Shown in pieces: positions 10,273 to 21,880 of a stretch of DNA of 64,000 bases. The stretch spans positions 15,562,001 to 15,626,000 of the forward strand of contig NC_047070.1 in the NCBI RefSeq assembly GCF_902459465.1, given 5' to 3'. A model generated the notes under the pieces. That model was not told where the DNA came from, did no database searches, and saw only the letters and a program-made list of their open reading frames with translations. The position numbers and the translations under genes are program-made. Position 1 is the stretch's first letter. Each line of letters starts with the position of its first letter. Origin of the DNA: Asterias rubens. Taxonomy: Eukaryota.

Positions 10273-13200
10273 ATGGAGGGGACCATGCAAGATGTCAACA
10301 TGGATAAAGAAACTACGGAAGAAACGACGGAAAATACCGCTATTTTAGAAGGTGTTCACGCAGAGCAATTTCGTCTGAGAATTGTCACAAATGAACAAGG
10401 GAAGCAAGAATATCAGGTGGTCAAATTGGAGACCACCGGGAACTCTGGTATGGTGATGTCAAACGTTCCAGTTACCTTGCCGGACAATGTCACCATGCAT
10501 GTTGATCATGCTGGAAGGTAGGCATAAGTACTGTATTTCCGACAACTTGAGTTCTTAAGTTGGTGTCCTTTTTTTTGCGATTAACTATAATACAGGGCCA
10601 CTCGGCTAACCCTAACCCTAACCCTAACCCTGATTGCATTTACGCAGCATGGATTAAGTGGAGTGGCCCTGTATTATTTGAAGTCATCCTTTTTACTCCT
10701 TTCTTTACCTCCCGCTTGTTATTAACATTAAAAATTAATATATCCTGCACAATCATGCACAAGATAATTACGAACCAAACGCAATGTGTGCAGGGAGAAA
10801 TGGTTCAAAACGTACAATTTCGACAGCTAGTCAGCAGATTTGCTCCATTTTTACCACTTTTGAAAATCATTACACAAATTCTAGGAACACGAACTTGATC
10901 CTCAATGTCTAATGAATCCTACCATATCACTCAAAACACCATTGAGGAAATAATTTGAAGAAAAAAGACAAAAACTTACCAGATCCCCGAGCGAAAGAGT
11001 AAAAAATGGCCCAGGTTGAAAATTCGAATCTGAGGGGGACGGAGCTTCGGCCGTGTGTGCACATCACCGGGGTCAACGACTCAGCGCTCTGTGTGGTGCA
11101 TTGTGTATCCCGGTAACTGTGCAGCTGTAGTCTTGGTTCCAAGACCATTGATGTTGCGCGGTCACACACAACCAACGTTCCGATCTATGCACGGCAAAAA
11201 CTGTACACGCTTGTTATAATCGAACGTTAGTGGGCGCTCTGTTTCTCTGATTTCCGCATCTCACCGCGTGTACAAGACTACGGCTGCACAGTTGCAGGGA
11301 TACAGAATGCACCACACGCAGTGCTGAGTCCGTGACGTGCACAAACAGCCGAAGCTCCGCCCCCCTCAGGTTCGAATTTTCAACCTGGGTCATTTTTTAC
11401 TCGGATAACTTTCCGTATGGCGCCACCACTTTTTCACTCATTTTTACAAAAAGGGATATCTCATTGAGGTAAATTAGATACTATATTATTTCATATCGAA
11501 TGAAAAAGTGGTGGCGCCATACGGAAACTTTTCCTTTACTCTTTAATTTTTAATTTTTTTAAAGTTGTTATTTATAAACTCTGAGCAGGCCTATGATGAT
11601 GTATAGTTTTTTCTAGAATATGACTAATATTAATAAGATTTATTTCACTATCAATCATCTCCATTATATGCCATTATATGAGCCTCATCATGTCACTCAG
11701 CCTCAGGCAAATGGGTCATTATCCCATGTACAAAATCACATTCAAACCTTTTTGCCATTCTGTCCAATTTATGCATCTGAACTGAACTTCAGTTTTAGTT
11801 ATACTGCACAAACAAAACCCCACACACTCAATATACTTTCATAATGCTTGCTATTAGACCTTATTTATTGTTCTCCTTCAGATTAACTCTTCAAGTGAGT
11901 GGTCCCATTGATGGCCTAGGTGACTTGGGAGGTGGTGGAGAAGTTGTCTCGGCCTCAGCAGGAGTTGGGGAGATGCCAACAACACCCTTCAAGAAATCAT
12001 CACCAATGATGGTAATGCCCGGTGCGGAAACGCCCAGTATAAGAACAGTAGACGGTGTCTTACAGATGGGACGAGTCTCAAGTATCATGGGTAACGTCAC
12101 AGACTGTCTGCGGATAATGCCCGATGTCGATCCTCTGGACTGTATCAACGCCGCCATGCAGGTCACACCAACAGTACCTTCTACAACGTCAGCTAACGCT
12201 AACTTCACCGACGTCATTGCTGACATCCAGGACTCTATGCAGCAGGAGAGCCATCCTTGCACCATGAATCTTGCCGCTGTTCAGGGTGCAGTGGGTAGCG
12301 TTGATTCGGCTACAGAGACACTGACGGTCGGTGATCCGATGGTGACATCAGAAGCATTGATTGGGTCCTCCGTCAGGACGATGACGGTTATGGCCAATAT
12401 GAACTGGCCTACTGGGTCGGAGGTTGCATGCTCTCTGTCGGGATCGGTTCCAGTGGATCCCATATCACTTCCATCGCTTGTTAGTATTGGAGTGCCAAAT
12501 GTTGAACTCACAACAACAGGTATAGTATTTTATTATGGGAAAGTATGAGACATTTATGATAGGTAAGGGGGTTTTCAACCGGTTAAAGCTTGGGTCTTTC
12601 CATTTTCTAATTCTACCCTGTGAGATTATTTTCTCAGAATAGTAAGATTTTGTTGTTTTCGGCAGTTAACCATGACTTAACAAACACCATATTTGTTTTG
12701 TCTCCTTTGAGAAAAGTCTTTAACATCTTAAAACTCCTCACATGCTGTAGGCCTATTTAGTGCTTGAGTTTACTAGTTGTGCTTTACAATCCAAATAATC
12801 GAACTGCTCTTTGAATTGATTGAAAGAACTAGTCCACAAACCTGACGTTTTTTATGAATCTGGTGATGCACAGAGTCTTTAAACCCTCTGCATAATAACA
12901 TCTTGGAGGTTCTGGGTCCAGAATAAGTGGGAATCCAGGGTCCAATTTCATAGAGCTGCTTAAGCACAAAAGAGAGCTCAGCAAATCAAACTTACGCTAA
13001 CCAGAATAAGAACACCAGCCAAGTATACCATATCACACGTTCAATTTGTGACTGGTATTGTTGCTAAGCCATGTAAGCAGGGATTTTAAAAGCAGCTCTA
13101 TGAAATTGGGCCCTTGAGTCTTGACCCAATTTCATGGCTCTGCTTACCGCTGAATTCTGCGCTAACGATCACGATTCCCCGCTTACGTGCAAGCACTGAA

Positions 13201-16200
13201 TTTCTGCGCTAACCTTGTAAGCGTAGAATGCCTAGTAACGTGGCGTACGCACGCGCAGAAGCCAAAGTTCGCCGCTAACGCATTAAATACGCTTGCCGTA
13301 AGCACAGAATTCCCTGCTTCCGTAAGCGCCGATTCTGTGCTTACAGTAGAGCCATGATATTGGGCCCATTGCGCTGCTAAGCACACAAATTTGTTTAGCA
13401 TGAAACTTCTCCCTTGATAAAAACAGGAATGCCAACCAAATTTCCACTTGATTTTTAGGGCAAGCAAACAACAGCTGTATACCATTGAGAAAGCAACATG
13501 CAACAAATGGAAATTTGGTTGGTAATCCTGTTTTTTTCAAGAAAGAAATTTCATGCTAAGCAAATTTGTGTGCTTAGCAGCTCTATGAAGTTGGGCCCAG
13601 GTCTCTACGTCATTTTCATGAATTTTTGTTTTCATCAAACAGGTCAGCTTGTGATCAGTCGAGGCTCATTAATGTACTCAGATCAATCCAGCAATCTTCT
13701 AGCTCTAGACGCTCCTAATCCTGATGCTGATGGTACAATCAAACCAAACACAGCGGAGACCACTGTCATTGATCCTTCTGTACAGGATGCAAACCAACCT
13801 GCTATTCAACCAAAGGTATCATAGGCAGCAAATGAAGCCCTTGAGTTTGTGTCTATTTAATCAATTAAAGGCACTGGACACTATTGGTAATTTCTCAACA
13901 TCATTGTTGGCATAAAAACTGGTAACGAGCAATGGAGAGCTTTTGCTGGTAAAAAACATTGTGAGAAACGGCTCCCCCTGAAGTTTTGGAGAACAAGGTA
14001 ATTTCTCAAAATGTGTTGAATCTGAGAAAGACTTCAGGCCTGAAGCCTTTCTTGGACGTCTGAAAATACACATTTTGTGCTACAAGGGTATACTTTCACT
14101 CAAGGTTTTCATGCAACTTCGATGACCACATGAGCCCAAATTTTCATAGTTATTTTATGCATACATGATGTTATCCAACAAGTGAGAACACTGTATCCTA
14201 ATTAAAATTTATTTCTTTATTGTTCTTTGTCAAGGTCAAGAGAAAAGGTGGCTGGCCAAAAGGCAAGAAGAGAAAGACGGATTCTTTGAATGAATCTAAT
14301 TTCCCCAAAGCTCCAACTACAGCGTGAGTATGACTAACTATCACATGGCTTTATGAATAACCAGTTCAATAATTGGCATCCTATATTAGTAGCTACATTG
14401 AGGTTCTTTGCACATTACTTCCTTGTTCATCAGGCATACTTTTAGACCAATCTCCAACTTTCTAAATTTTCTTTGGGAGCATACAACCCCAAGTTGCTTT
14501 AATTAGCGCTAAAGGGTTATTCTAACGCAGTATTCTCTCAGCCTTCTAAGGTTGCCATTTATACACCTTAGTAAAGAGAAGCAATTATGGTTGAGTGCCT
14601 TGCTCAAGGACACAAGTGTCTTGACTAGAATCCAACCCACACTCTGATTATTCAACCATCAGTACTTGAGTCTTTAGCAGTAGACAGCTCGCACATGAAA
14701 TACAATTTCAATACAATACTAACAAGAAATCTCACTGTTTTTAACCTGAAGGTGGATTTAGTTAGGTAATAAGTCCAGTATTTACCGCTGCTTTTTAAGC
14801 GAAACGAAAGTACTCTTGAAGAAGAGAAGCAACAGAGAGATCTAATAACAAAATAAGACAACAGGGAACTTGAAATAAAAATAAATAAAAAATCAATTAA
14901 TTTAAAATGCTGGTAGATTTTTTACATGGGGTAGAATTTGGTTTTAATTCTCTCGGACCAGCTATGTCTCAAAGACTTCTTAAGAAGATCAATATTGCTT
15001 GATATACTCTTTGAATTTGAATCATTGTTCATTCATCTTTTTCAGTTATTCATCATTTCTTAATGAGCAACTTGGACAGATTAGGAAGAAGCATTCTAAG
15101 AAACCGTTTCCTGAGATCATCAAGATATTGGGTTCCATGTGGACTAAGATGACAATAGAGGAGAAAAAGGTATCTTATAGTTCATTTGTTATTTCATTAA
15201 TCACTGAATGTGTCATGGCCTTGCGGTTAAGAGAACCGGACTCCGGTGTTTCTGATCAGCAGAGTGTGGGTTTGAGTCCCAGCACTGCACTGCCAATGGT
15301 TGCCTCCAGGTTGTCTGTAAAAGTTGCCTTGTGTGGCAAGGCCCTTACATATCTGAGAACGGCTTGGTTTAATAATAATAATAAAAGCAAATAACAATAG
15401 TGGTTTTTGTTTAGCGCTCATTTCCCTCACTCAGTGACGCTCCTGGCGCTGTAACATACATTATTTCCTGCAAGGTACATGGGGCTACGATTGTACATAA
15501 TAATGAGACCATGTAATGACGTAATGGCGCAATATGCAGTCAGTCAAACCAGGAACACCAGGGCAAACCCCCTTTCATTACGAAAAATTCACTGTTTTTT
15601 TACACAACACACGGAACAGTTTTACGTCCCATCCGAAGGATGAAGCATCATGGATACAAGTGTCAAGACTCGTGTAAAGAAACTGGTCATCATTTGTTTT
15701 TAAAGTTATTACTAAAGGTATACTCCATTTAATGCCATTTAAACACTTTTGATCTTAAAATTGATTTTCTTCTGCAGAAATATTTAACCGTAGCAGAGCT
15801 CGATAAGAAACGCTATATAGAGGAGCTTCGTGCCTTCCAACATAGTGAAACATATCAGACGTTACTGAGAAGACAAGTGGCTAAGAAGATTAAAGATCTA
15901 ACAGGTGAAGCAATTCATTATGAAATATAATATAACAGGTGAATCCAGTTAATTAGGGGGGGAATGAAACCTAGAGAGGTTGGTATGCCTGGCTTGTAGA
16001 AGCGAAGAGTGGCTGGTTCACATAAAACCAGGGGTCGACTTCAAAAAGATAGTCCTAACTTAGAACCAGTCCCAGGAGTTATTAAATACCTAAAGGCAGT
16101 GGATACTATTGGTAATTACTCAAAATAATTATTAGCATAAAACCTTTCTTGGTGACGAGTAATGGGGAGAGGTTGGTGGTATAAAACATTGTGAGAAATA

Positions 16201-19200
16201 ACTCCCTCTGAAGTGCCATAGTTTTCGAGAAGGAAGTAATTTTCCACGAATTTGATTTCGAGACCTCAGATTTAGAATTTGAGGTCTCGAAATCAACCGT
16301 CTAAACGCACACTCAAGCATGTTTTTTTTTCTTTCATTATTATCTCGCAACTTCGATGACCAATTGAGCTCAAATTTTCACAGGTTTGCTATTTTATGCA
16401 TATGTTGTGATACACCAAGTGAGAAGACTGGTCTTTGACAATTACCAATAGTGTCCAGTGTCTTTAAGGCTAGTCCTTGGTTTGGGAGAGATTGAAGCCT
16501 TTCAAGTTGATCCATTGATTAATTAAAGAAAGCACTTTAAGATGAATCAAAGTTTTTTTTTAAAGTGCTGATGTTGACTTTTGCATGTTTGTGCAATTGT
16601 TTTTTTCTGCTAGGGGTTGATAAGTGATCGATTGAATTATTGATTGAAATAGAATGTACTTCCAGATGTGATTTTTTTTGTAATTGTGAATGTTATTTTT
16701 TGAGTGATCAATATTTGTTCAATATTTTGAATACTAGGTGTTGATGGTGCAACTATCGACCCTGATGTCAGTGCTTCAGTTCTGAATGAAATACAACTAG
16801 AGGTAAGACGAAAAGAGAGAGAGACAGATTAGCTAAGATTCTTTCCTCATTTGTTTCCTCATACGACAAGGAGGTCATTTTCTTATGACGTTGATGTAAA
16901 TATCTTCTCATCGCTCTTGTTAGAGCCAAATCAGGAGAGAAGACAATGAAGAATGTTCAGTTTTAGATGGGGGAGGAAAATCCCAGAGAATTATTCCAGG
17001 GAAACCCCACGCAGTCAGGTACAGACTGAAAAACCCATTCCACATAGTGCCCTCGTTGGGATTCGAACCTGGTCCTAGAGGTGGAAAACAAGGCAAGACA
17101 CCACTGCACCAACCTGATTGCCCCAATGTGGCAACTGAAGTCATTTGAATACCTTGATAAGATGAACGAGAGAGTGAGATGGATTTCTTAAGATTTTTTC
17201 CCTCATTTTTTGTTGTTTTCATTTTAGGAGGATGATCCGAGTGACTTACTCTGCAAAATATGTGATAAGCTATTCAGTACAGTGCACAACAAGAAAGAAC
17301 ACATGTACGGCAAGCAGCACTTACTAACACTGACTGGAAAATTATGTAAGTTACATCAAATATATTTTCTATTGAACCCTTGCACATTGTGCAGTGCACA
17401 CTTACGCTCGCATGTCCTGTCCTCAATTAATAATTACAAATTTTTATATAGCGTATTTCACAACAACCATAACAATGCACTTTACATTAGTACCCCGTTC
17501 ATTGAGCCAATAACATCCCTTTAATCTTTTCAGCTCCCTGTGGAGTATACAGCCCTGAGCTGCCGTGGCGCTCCGAAGGCTTTTTCATACACAATATCAA
17601 CCTCTACCCTCGCAGGTACCCATCGCAGGTACCCCTGGGTGAAGAGAAGCAATTATAGTAAAGTATGTTGCTTAAGGACACAAGTTACACGACCGGAATT
17701 CGAATCCACTCTCTGGTGACTTAACCACCAAAACTTTAATTGTTGCTCTTAACCACTCTGCCATGACACGTAGCTAAAGTTGTGTGTTTCCTGAGTCACG
17801 CCAAATTATAACCATTATGGGTAGTTTATTTAAACATCTACTCAGATTCAAGCATCATCCTCTTTAAGTTGGACCTTTAAGAGAGTGACATAATAAATCA
17901 TGTCAACCATATTTGTACTGTTATCAAACATGACAGGGCAGAGACAGCAATAAATATCCAGACAAACCAATTAAAATTCTGGATTTCAGATGTCGGCGAA
18001 AAAATAAAAAATAAACGGTCATAGCTTTGTCACATTATTTACAGCTTACTCATATAAACTCCAACGACCTAATTTGAAATTGATGTCTGGATTGAAGGTG
18101 ACACCTTTCTATTTGAAGTCATTCTCACAGATTGTTCTACATTCTACAATCACGTCTGACTCTCTCCCTGATTAACTATTTGAACAGTATTTTATTGCGT
18201 TTGAAATGGGGGAAATGACTGCACTATTTGCCTGGAATTAAGTGGTTCATGTACAGAAAGCTGGTGCCACCTTCATTTGAAATGTTCAATGTGTAAGGTT
18301 TTTGTGGAGTCAAATCAATGGACACGTATCTCATACAGACCAATGAGTAGTTCCCCTGGCTGACATTGTGGGTGTTAAGTTACAATGTTAAACACACCTC
18401 AGGGTTACTATATTAAAGGCGGCATTCCAACAATTTTGATAGATCAGTTGTTGCGAGTTCTGTTGAATTGTTTCTAAATATAAAATTTAAAGGCTAGGAA
18501 AATGTAAGAAATTTGATCAATAAGTTTCTGTAAATTATTTTCTGCTCCTTCCAAAAGTAAAAATTAAAGGCAGTGGACACTGTTGGTAATTACTCAAAAT
18601 AATTATTAGCATAAAACTTTTCTTGGTGACGAGTAATGGGGAGAGGTTGATAGTATAAAATATTGTGAGAAATAGCTCCCTCTGAAGTGCCCTTTTTTTT
18701 TTGAGAAAGAAGTAATTCTCCACAAATTTGATTTCGAGACCTCGGATTTAGAACTCGAGGTCTCGAAATCAACCATCTAAACGCACACAACTTCGTGTGA
18801 CAAGGTTTTTTCTTCTTTCCATATAATCTCGCAACTTTGATGACTGATTGAGCTCAAATTTTCACAGGTTAGTTACTTTATGCATATGTTGAGATACACC
18901 AACTGTGAAGGCTAGTCTTTTTTTAATTACCAATAGTGTCCACTGCCTTTAAAGATAAGAACAAGGTAGATTTTTCTATGAAAACAGGGCATCCGATATG
19001 GTTGATTAGTTGCATATTGCACCACAATACCTGGGGTCGATTTCACAAAGAGTTAGTCCTACATGTAGGAGATAACAAAAGTTTAAAGCTAGTCCTAAGT
19101 TAGGACAAGTAATTCGTCCTAACTTGAGATAAGCCTAGTCCTAACTCTTTATGAAATCCACCCCTGGGCCCAATTTCTTAGAGCTGCCTTAGCACAAAAT

Positions 19201-21418
19201 TTTGCTTAAGCAAAAAATCCTTGCTTAGTAAAATCCGATTACTGGCCAAGACTCCACTCAATTGTTATGCCAAGTAAACAACAGCTAGATATCAGTCACA
19301 AGCAATGTATATGGCATGAAATCTTTGCCAGTAACATGTGAAAAATAAGCAAGCTGTTTTCGTGCTAAAGAAAAGTTGCTGCTTAAGCAGCTCTATGACA
19401 TTGGCCACTGGTCTACTATTACATGATGCTATGTAACGAAAATTGGTCATGTACGCAGCTTCGAAGTACCTTGCAGACAAATACTGAATATTGAAGTGCT
19501 TGAGCATCAATGAGTGATGTATATTAGTGCACTATGTACATTGGTATTACTGTTGTTTATTTATTTATTTTAATTTCGGTTTTACGTATACACCGATGTG
19601 TGTAAACACTGTATACTCAGTACTTTTCCGAGCTCTATGCAAATGAAACCACAGGCATATTACTCGGGTAGGATTCAAACCCACGACCTTTGCAACCCAG
19701 ATTAGTATTCTTTGTCCCGCATGCAAATTTCCATCTATTATTTGTTTGATGCCAACAGGTCAAATTGAGAAGGAAGTCCTTGAGATGGAAAGCAATAATC
19801 AACAACTCAGCCACTCCACTTTACTGGATCCCAACCAGGGGTTAGCAACGGGACCATCACTACACCATGGAGAAGGCCAAGCTACTGGGACCAGTGGACT
19901 ACCGGGTACCGGTGCCCAACAACCTGCCGTAACAGAGAAGATTGACATTGACCAGTTCAAGGAAGGTTTCATGGAACTAAATCTTGGTGAGTGTCTTCTT
20001 AGAATTTATTACAAATTGTTTTTACAAATTTTGATGTTACTAATTTGCATTGAAATATTCAGAAAAAGGTGAAAGTTGCTCAACTCCTGCGAAACATTAA
20101 CAAAGAAAAGAGGGCCATGACTTTAAACTTTGTATCGCATTCACGTTCGCAGGAAGTATGAACCAGGATGTTTATAAAGCACTGTATACTCGGTACTTTC
20201 TTGAGTTCTGTGAAATTAATCCACAGGTAAATCACACATGTGGGGGGGGGGGTGGTTCAAACCCACAAACTTTGCATTGCTGAAGCAGATGTCTTACTAC
20301 TAGACCACAGAGCTAGTCAAGTGGCTAGAGGCAGTCAGTTTTAGAAAAGTTTTCTCAAGTTTTTTTAAGAATTAAAAGGTCCCAGGGACCAGTTAATCCG
20401 AGCGCCCATTTAATAACCTTCAACGCACTTACATTAAGCAGAATCCAGCAACAGAGTCCAGCATTATCCTGAAGAAAATCAGAGCATACTGACCCAAACG
20501 TATAATTGTCAGCCTCCGCGGTTCTTTTTAGAGCAAAGACTACTTACCAGAGATATTCACATGGTGTTAACGCTGACCCTCTTTGGTTCAGTCTATCATT
20601 TAATCAGACTTTTTATATGAATGATGAATTAGTGGGCAATGGCTGCAGAACCTCATTGATCAGATATTTATAAACTCACTGATGATGCCTCATTATTTGT
20701 TCAGATCGAGAGATAGAGTTGAGAGAACTGCGATGTCGAGACCAGGAACTCTTTGAAGTGAAAATGGAACTTAGCCAGCAATATCAAGAACTTGAGGTAT
20801 GAGATATAATACTGCCCTCTTGTGACAGAAGAAGATTTTTGCTGATAAACAGAAAACCATCACTCTAATAACACCACTACCACAGCGTAAAATGACCTGT
20901 TTGTGGAACCTCATTATTCTGGGTCCGGATAAATATTCTCATTGCTCTAGTTAGAGCCAAACGAGAAGAGATGGTGATGAAGAAATTTTAGTCCTAGATG
21001 TGGGAGGAAAACCCCAAGAGAATTGTTCCAGCGAAAACCCACGCAGTCAAGGCACTGAAAACCCAATCCACATAGTGCCCCTGGTGGGATTCGAACCGGG
21101 GTCCCAGAGGTGGAAGCGGAGGCAAGACCACCAACCTGATCCCCCTTTAATAAATAAAAAAACATCGCTAAAGCAATGTCCCAACCCCAAGTTGACAGTA
21201 ATTGTTGTTTTACCTTAACAACAGAAAAACCATCCCTTCAAAAACATCCCCTACCACAAACTGAAAGTAATTGATGTTTTTGTTATCGTTCTTTTCAGGA
21301 AACTCTAGCTAAGCAAAAAGTTCTTTCCAATAATCTAAAGAGGGTGAGTACGACTCTACGAGCTAAACTTGAAGATCTACGGATGGTACCGACATTATTT
21401 GGTGTCATCAATTTCTGA
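10273..21418 (+). CDS. HMG20: HMG20A/B (iBRAF/BRAF35)-family HMG-box protein with added U1-type zinc finger and coiled coil, ~672 aa
   Basis: Exons 10273-10517, 11882-12519, 13643-13815, 14235-14323, 15046-15169, 15778-15904, 16738-16802, 17228-17345, 19759-19986, 20705-20796 and 21299-21418, all GT-AG and phase-consistent. HMG20 signature GGWPKGKKRK...PKAPTTAY; HMG box FLNEQ..PFPEIIKILGSMW..EKKKYL..AELDKKRYIEELRAFQHSETY; coiled coil REIELRELR. Confidence 0.87.
10587..10677. mobile_element. Mini-MITE with 17-bp perfect inverted ends enclosing (TAACCC)4
   Basis: ATAATACAGGGCCACTC (10587-10603) / GAGTGGCCCTGTATTAT (10661-10677); telomere-like repeat at 10606-10631. Confidence 0.75.
10994..11544. 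mobile_element. Foldback-type MITE (~140-bp inverted arms) with a nested 132-bp MITE
   Basis: Arms 10994-~11136 and ~11272-11402 plus 11542-11544. Insert 11403-11534 has a 27-bp perfect inner TIR and is flanked by TTTACTC direct repeats. Confidence 0.8.
12936..13600. mobile_element. Cluster of three adjacent Harbinger-type MITEs
   Basis: TIRs GG(G/T)CCCAATTTCATAGAGCTGC...GCAGCTCTATGAAATTGGGCCC, with CAG flanks at the outer ends. Confidence 0.75.
13864..14195. mobile_element. TTAA-AGG MITE (right end degraded)
   Basis: Starts TTAAAGGCACTGGACACTATTGGTAATT. Confidence 0.7.
14520..14675 (-). mobile_element. CORE-like tRNA SINE fragment
   Basis: TGCCTTGCTCAAGGACACAAGTGTC...AATCCAACCCACACTCTG is the reverse complement of the SINE head/core. 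Confidence 0.6.
15210..15345 (+). mobile_element. tRNA SINE 5' fragment
   Basis: GTGTCATGGCCTTGCGGTTAAGAG (A box) ... GGTTTGAGTCCC (B box); same head as 58515. Confidence 0.65.
15525..15675 (-). mobile_element. CORE-like SINE fragment
   Basis: TTTTACGTCCCATCCGAAGGA is the reverse complement of the SINE body at ~58645-58665. Confidence 0.55.
16091..16467. mobile_element. TTAA-AGG MITE, full length
   Basis: Both TIRs and the internal hairpin are present; opposite orientation to 4627-5010. Confidence 0.85.
16915..17125 (-). mobile_element. tRNA-derived SINE with V-domain-like core
   Basis: The reverse strand reads a tRNA-like head with GGTTCGAATCCC and CTGCGTGGGGTTTCCCTGG...TTTTCCTCCCCCATCT. 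Confidence 0.7.
17530..17769 (-). mobile_element. CORE-like tRNA SINE
   Basis: The reverse strand starts GTGTCATGGCAGAGTGGTTAAGAGC...GGATTCGAATTCC...GTGTCCTTAAGCAAC. Confidence 0.7.
18564..18952. mobile_element. TTAA-AGG MITE, full length with TTAA at both ends
   Basis: TTAA at 18564-18567 and 18949-18952; intact TIRs. Confidence 0.88.
19031..19412. mobile_element. Two abutting Harbinger-type MITEs
   Basis: GGGGTCGATTTCACAAAGAG...CTCTTTTATGAAATCCACCCC, then CTG-GGCCCAATTTC...GCAGCTCTATGACATTGGCC. Confidence 0.65.
20948..21145 (-). mobile_element. tRNA-derived SINE with V-domain-like core
   Basis: The reverse strand reads GGTTCGAATCCC...GACTGCGTGGGTTTTCGCTGG...TTTTCCTCCCACATCT. Confidence 0.7.
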
Positions 21419-21714
21419 CAGAGAGTTTCTTCACATCTCAACCCCGGAGGACTAAGAATATTTCTTCATTGCGCAAGTTTTGTTTCATAGTTTCTAGTCT
21501 TTTCAATTTTATTCCAACACTGGTCTTGAGTTTTTCAAGGTGTTTCAAAAGACATTGTTTACAGTTTTGGGGCTGTGTATGAGAGAGGCCATGACAGCTT
21601 CTTAGAGCTTAAAGGTGAGGGATAAACTTAATCCGACTTGGGCTGTCGACCCAACTCAACATTCGCCAGGGACACGTTGCCACCTACTTCTGGGGCTCAA
21701 AACACGGTTACCCC

Positions 21715-21880
21715 CTATTAAGCATGGGTATCATCCACTAGAAGTCTGGTTGGTAGAGCAGAATGCACTACCTTCCCAAGTGCCTTGCTGAAGAGAAGTG
21801 TCCAGGGTTCGAACCCACACCCTGCTGCTGTCGACACGAGAGCTTGGGGCTGGTGACCTAGACCGCTTGTCCTTGACAAG
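21715..21880 (-). mobile_element. tRNA SINE fragment
   Basis: GGGTTCGAACCC B box and AGTGCCTTGCTGAAG core on the reverse strand. Confidence 0.5.

Noticed and set aside
11891-12511. Minus-strand ORFs of 124 and 76 aa
   Set aside because: Antisense shadows of HMG20-like exon 2.
21344-21349. Strong donor-like GTGAGT inside the last HMG20-like exon
   Set aside because: Reading through continues a heptad pattern (LRAKLEDLR) to a stop, and no downstream in-frame exon was found. Alternative use cannot be excluded.
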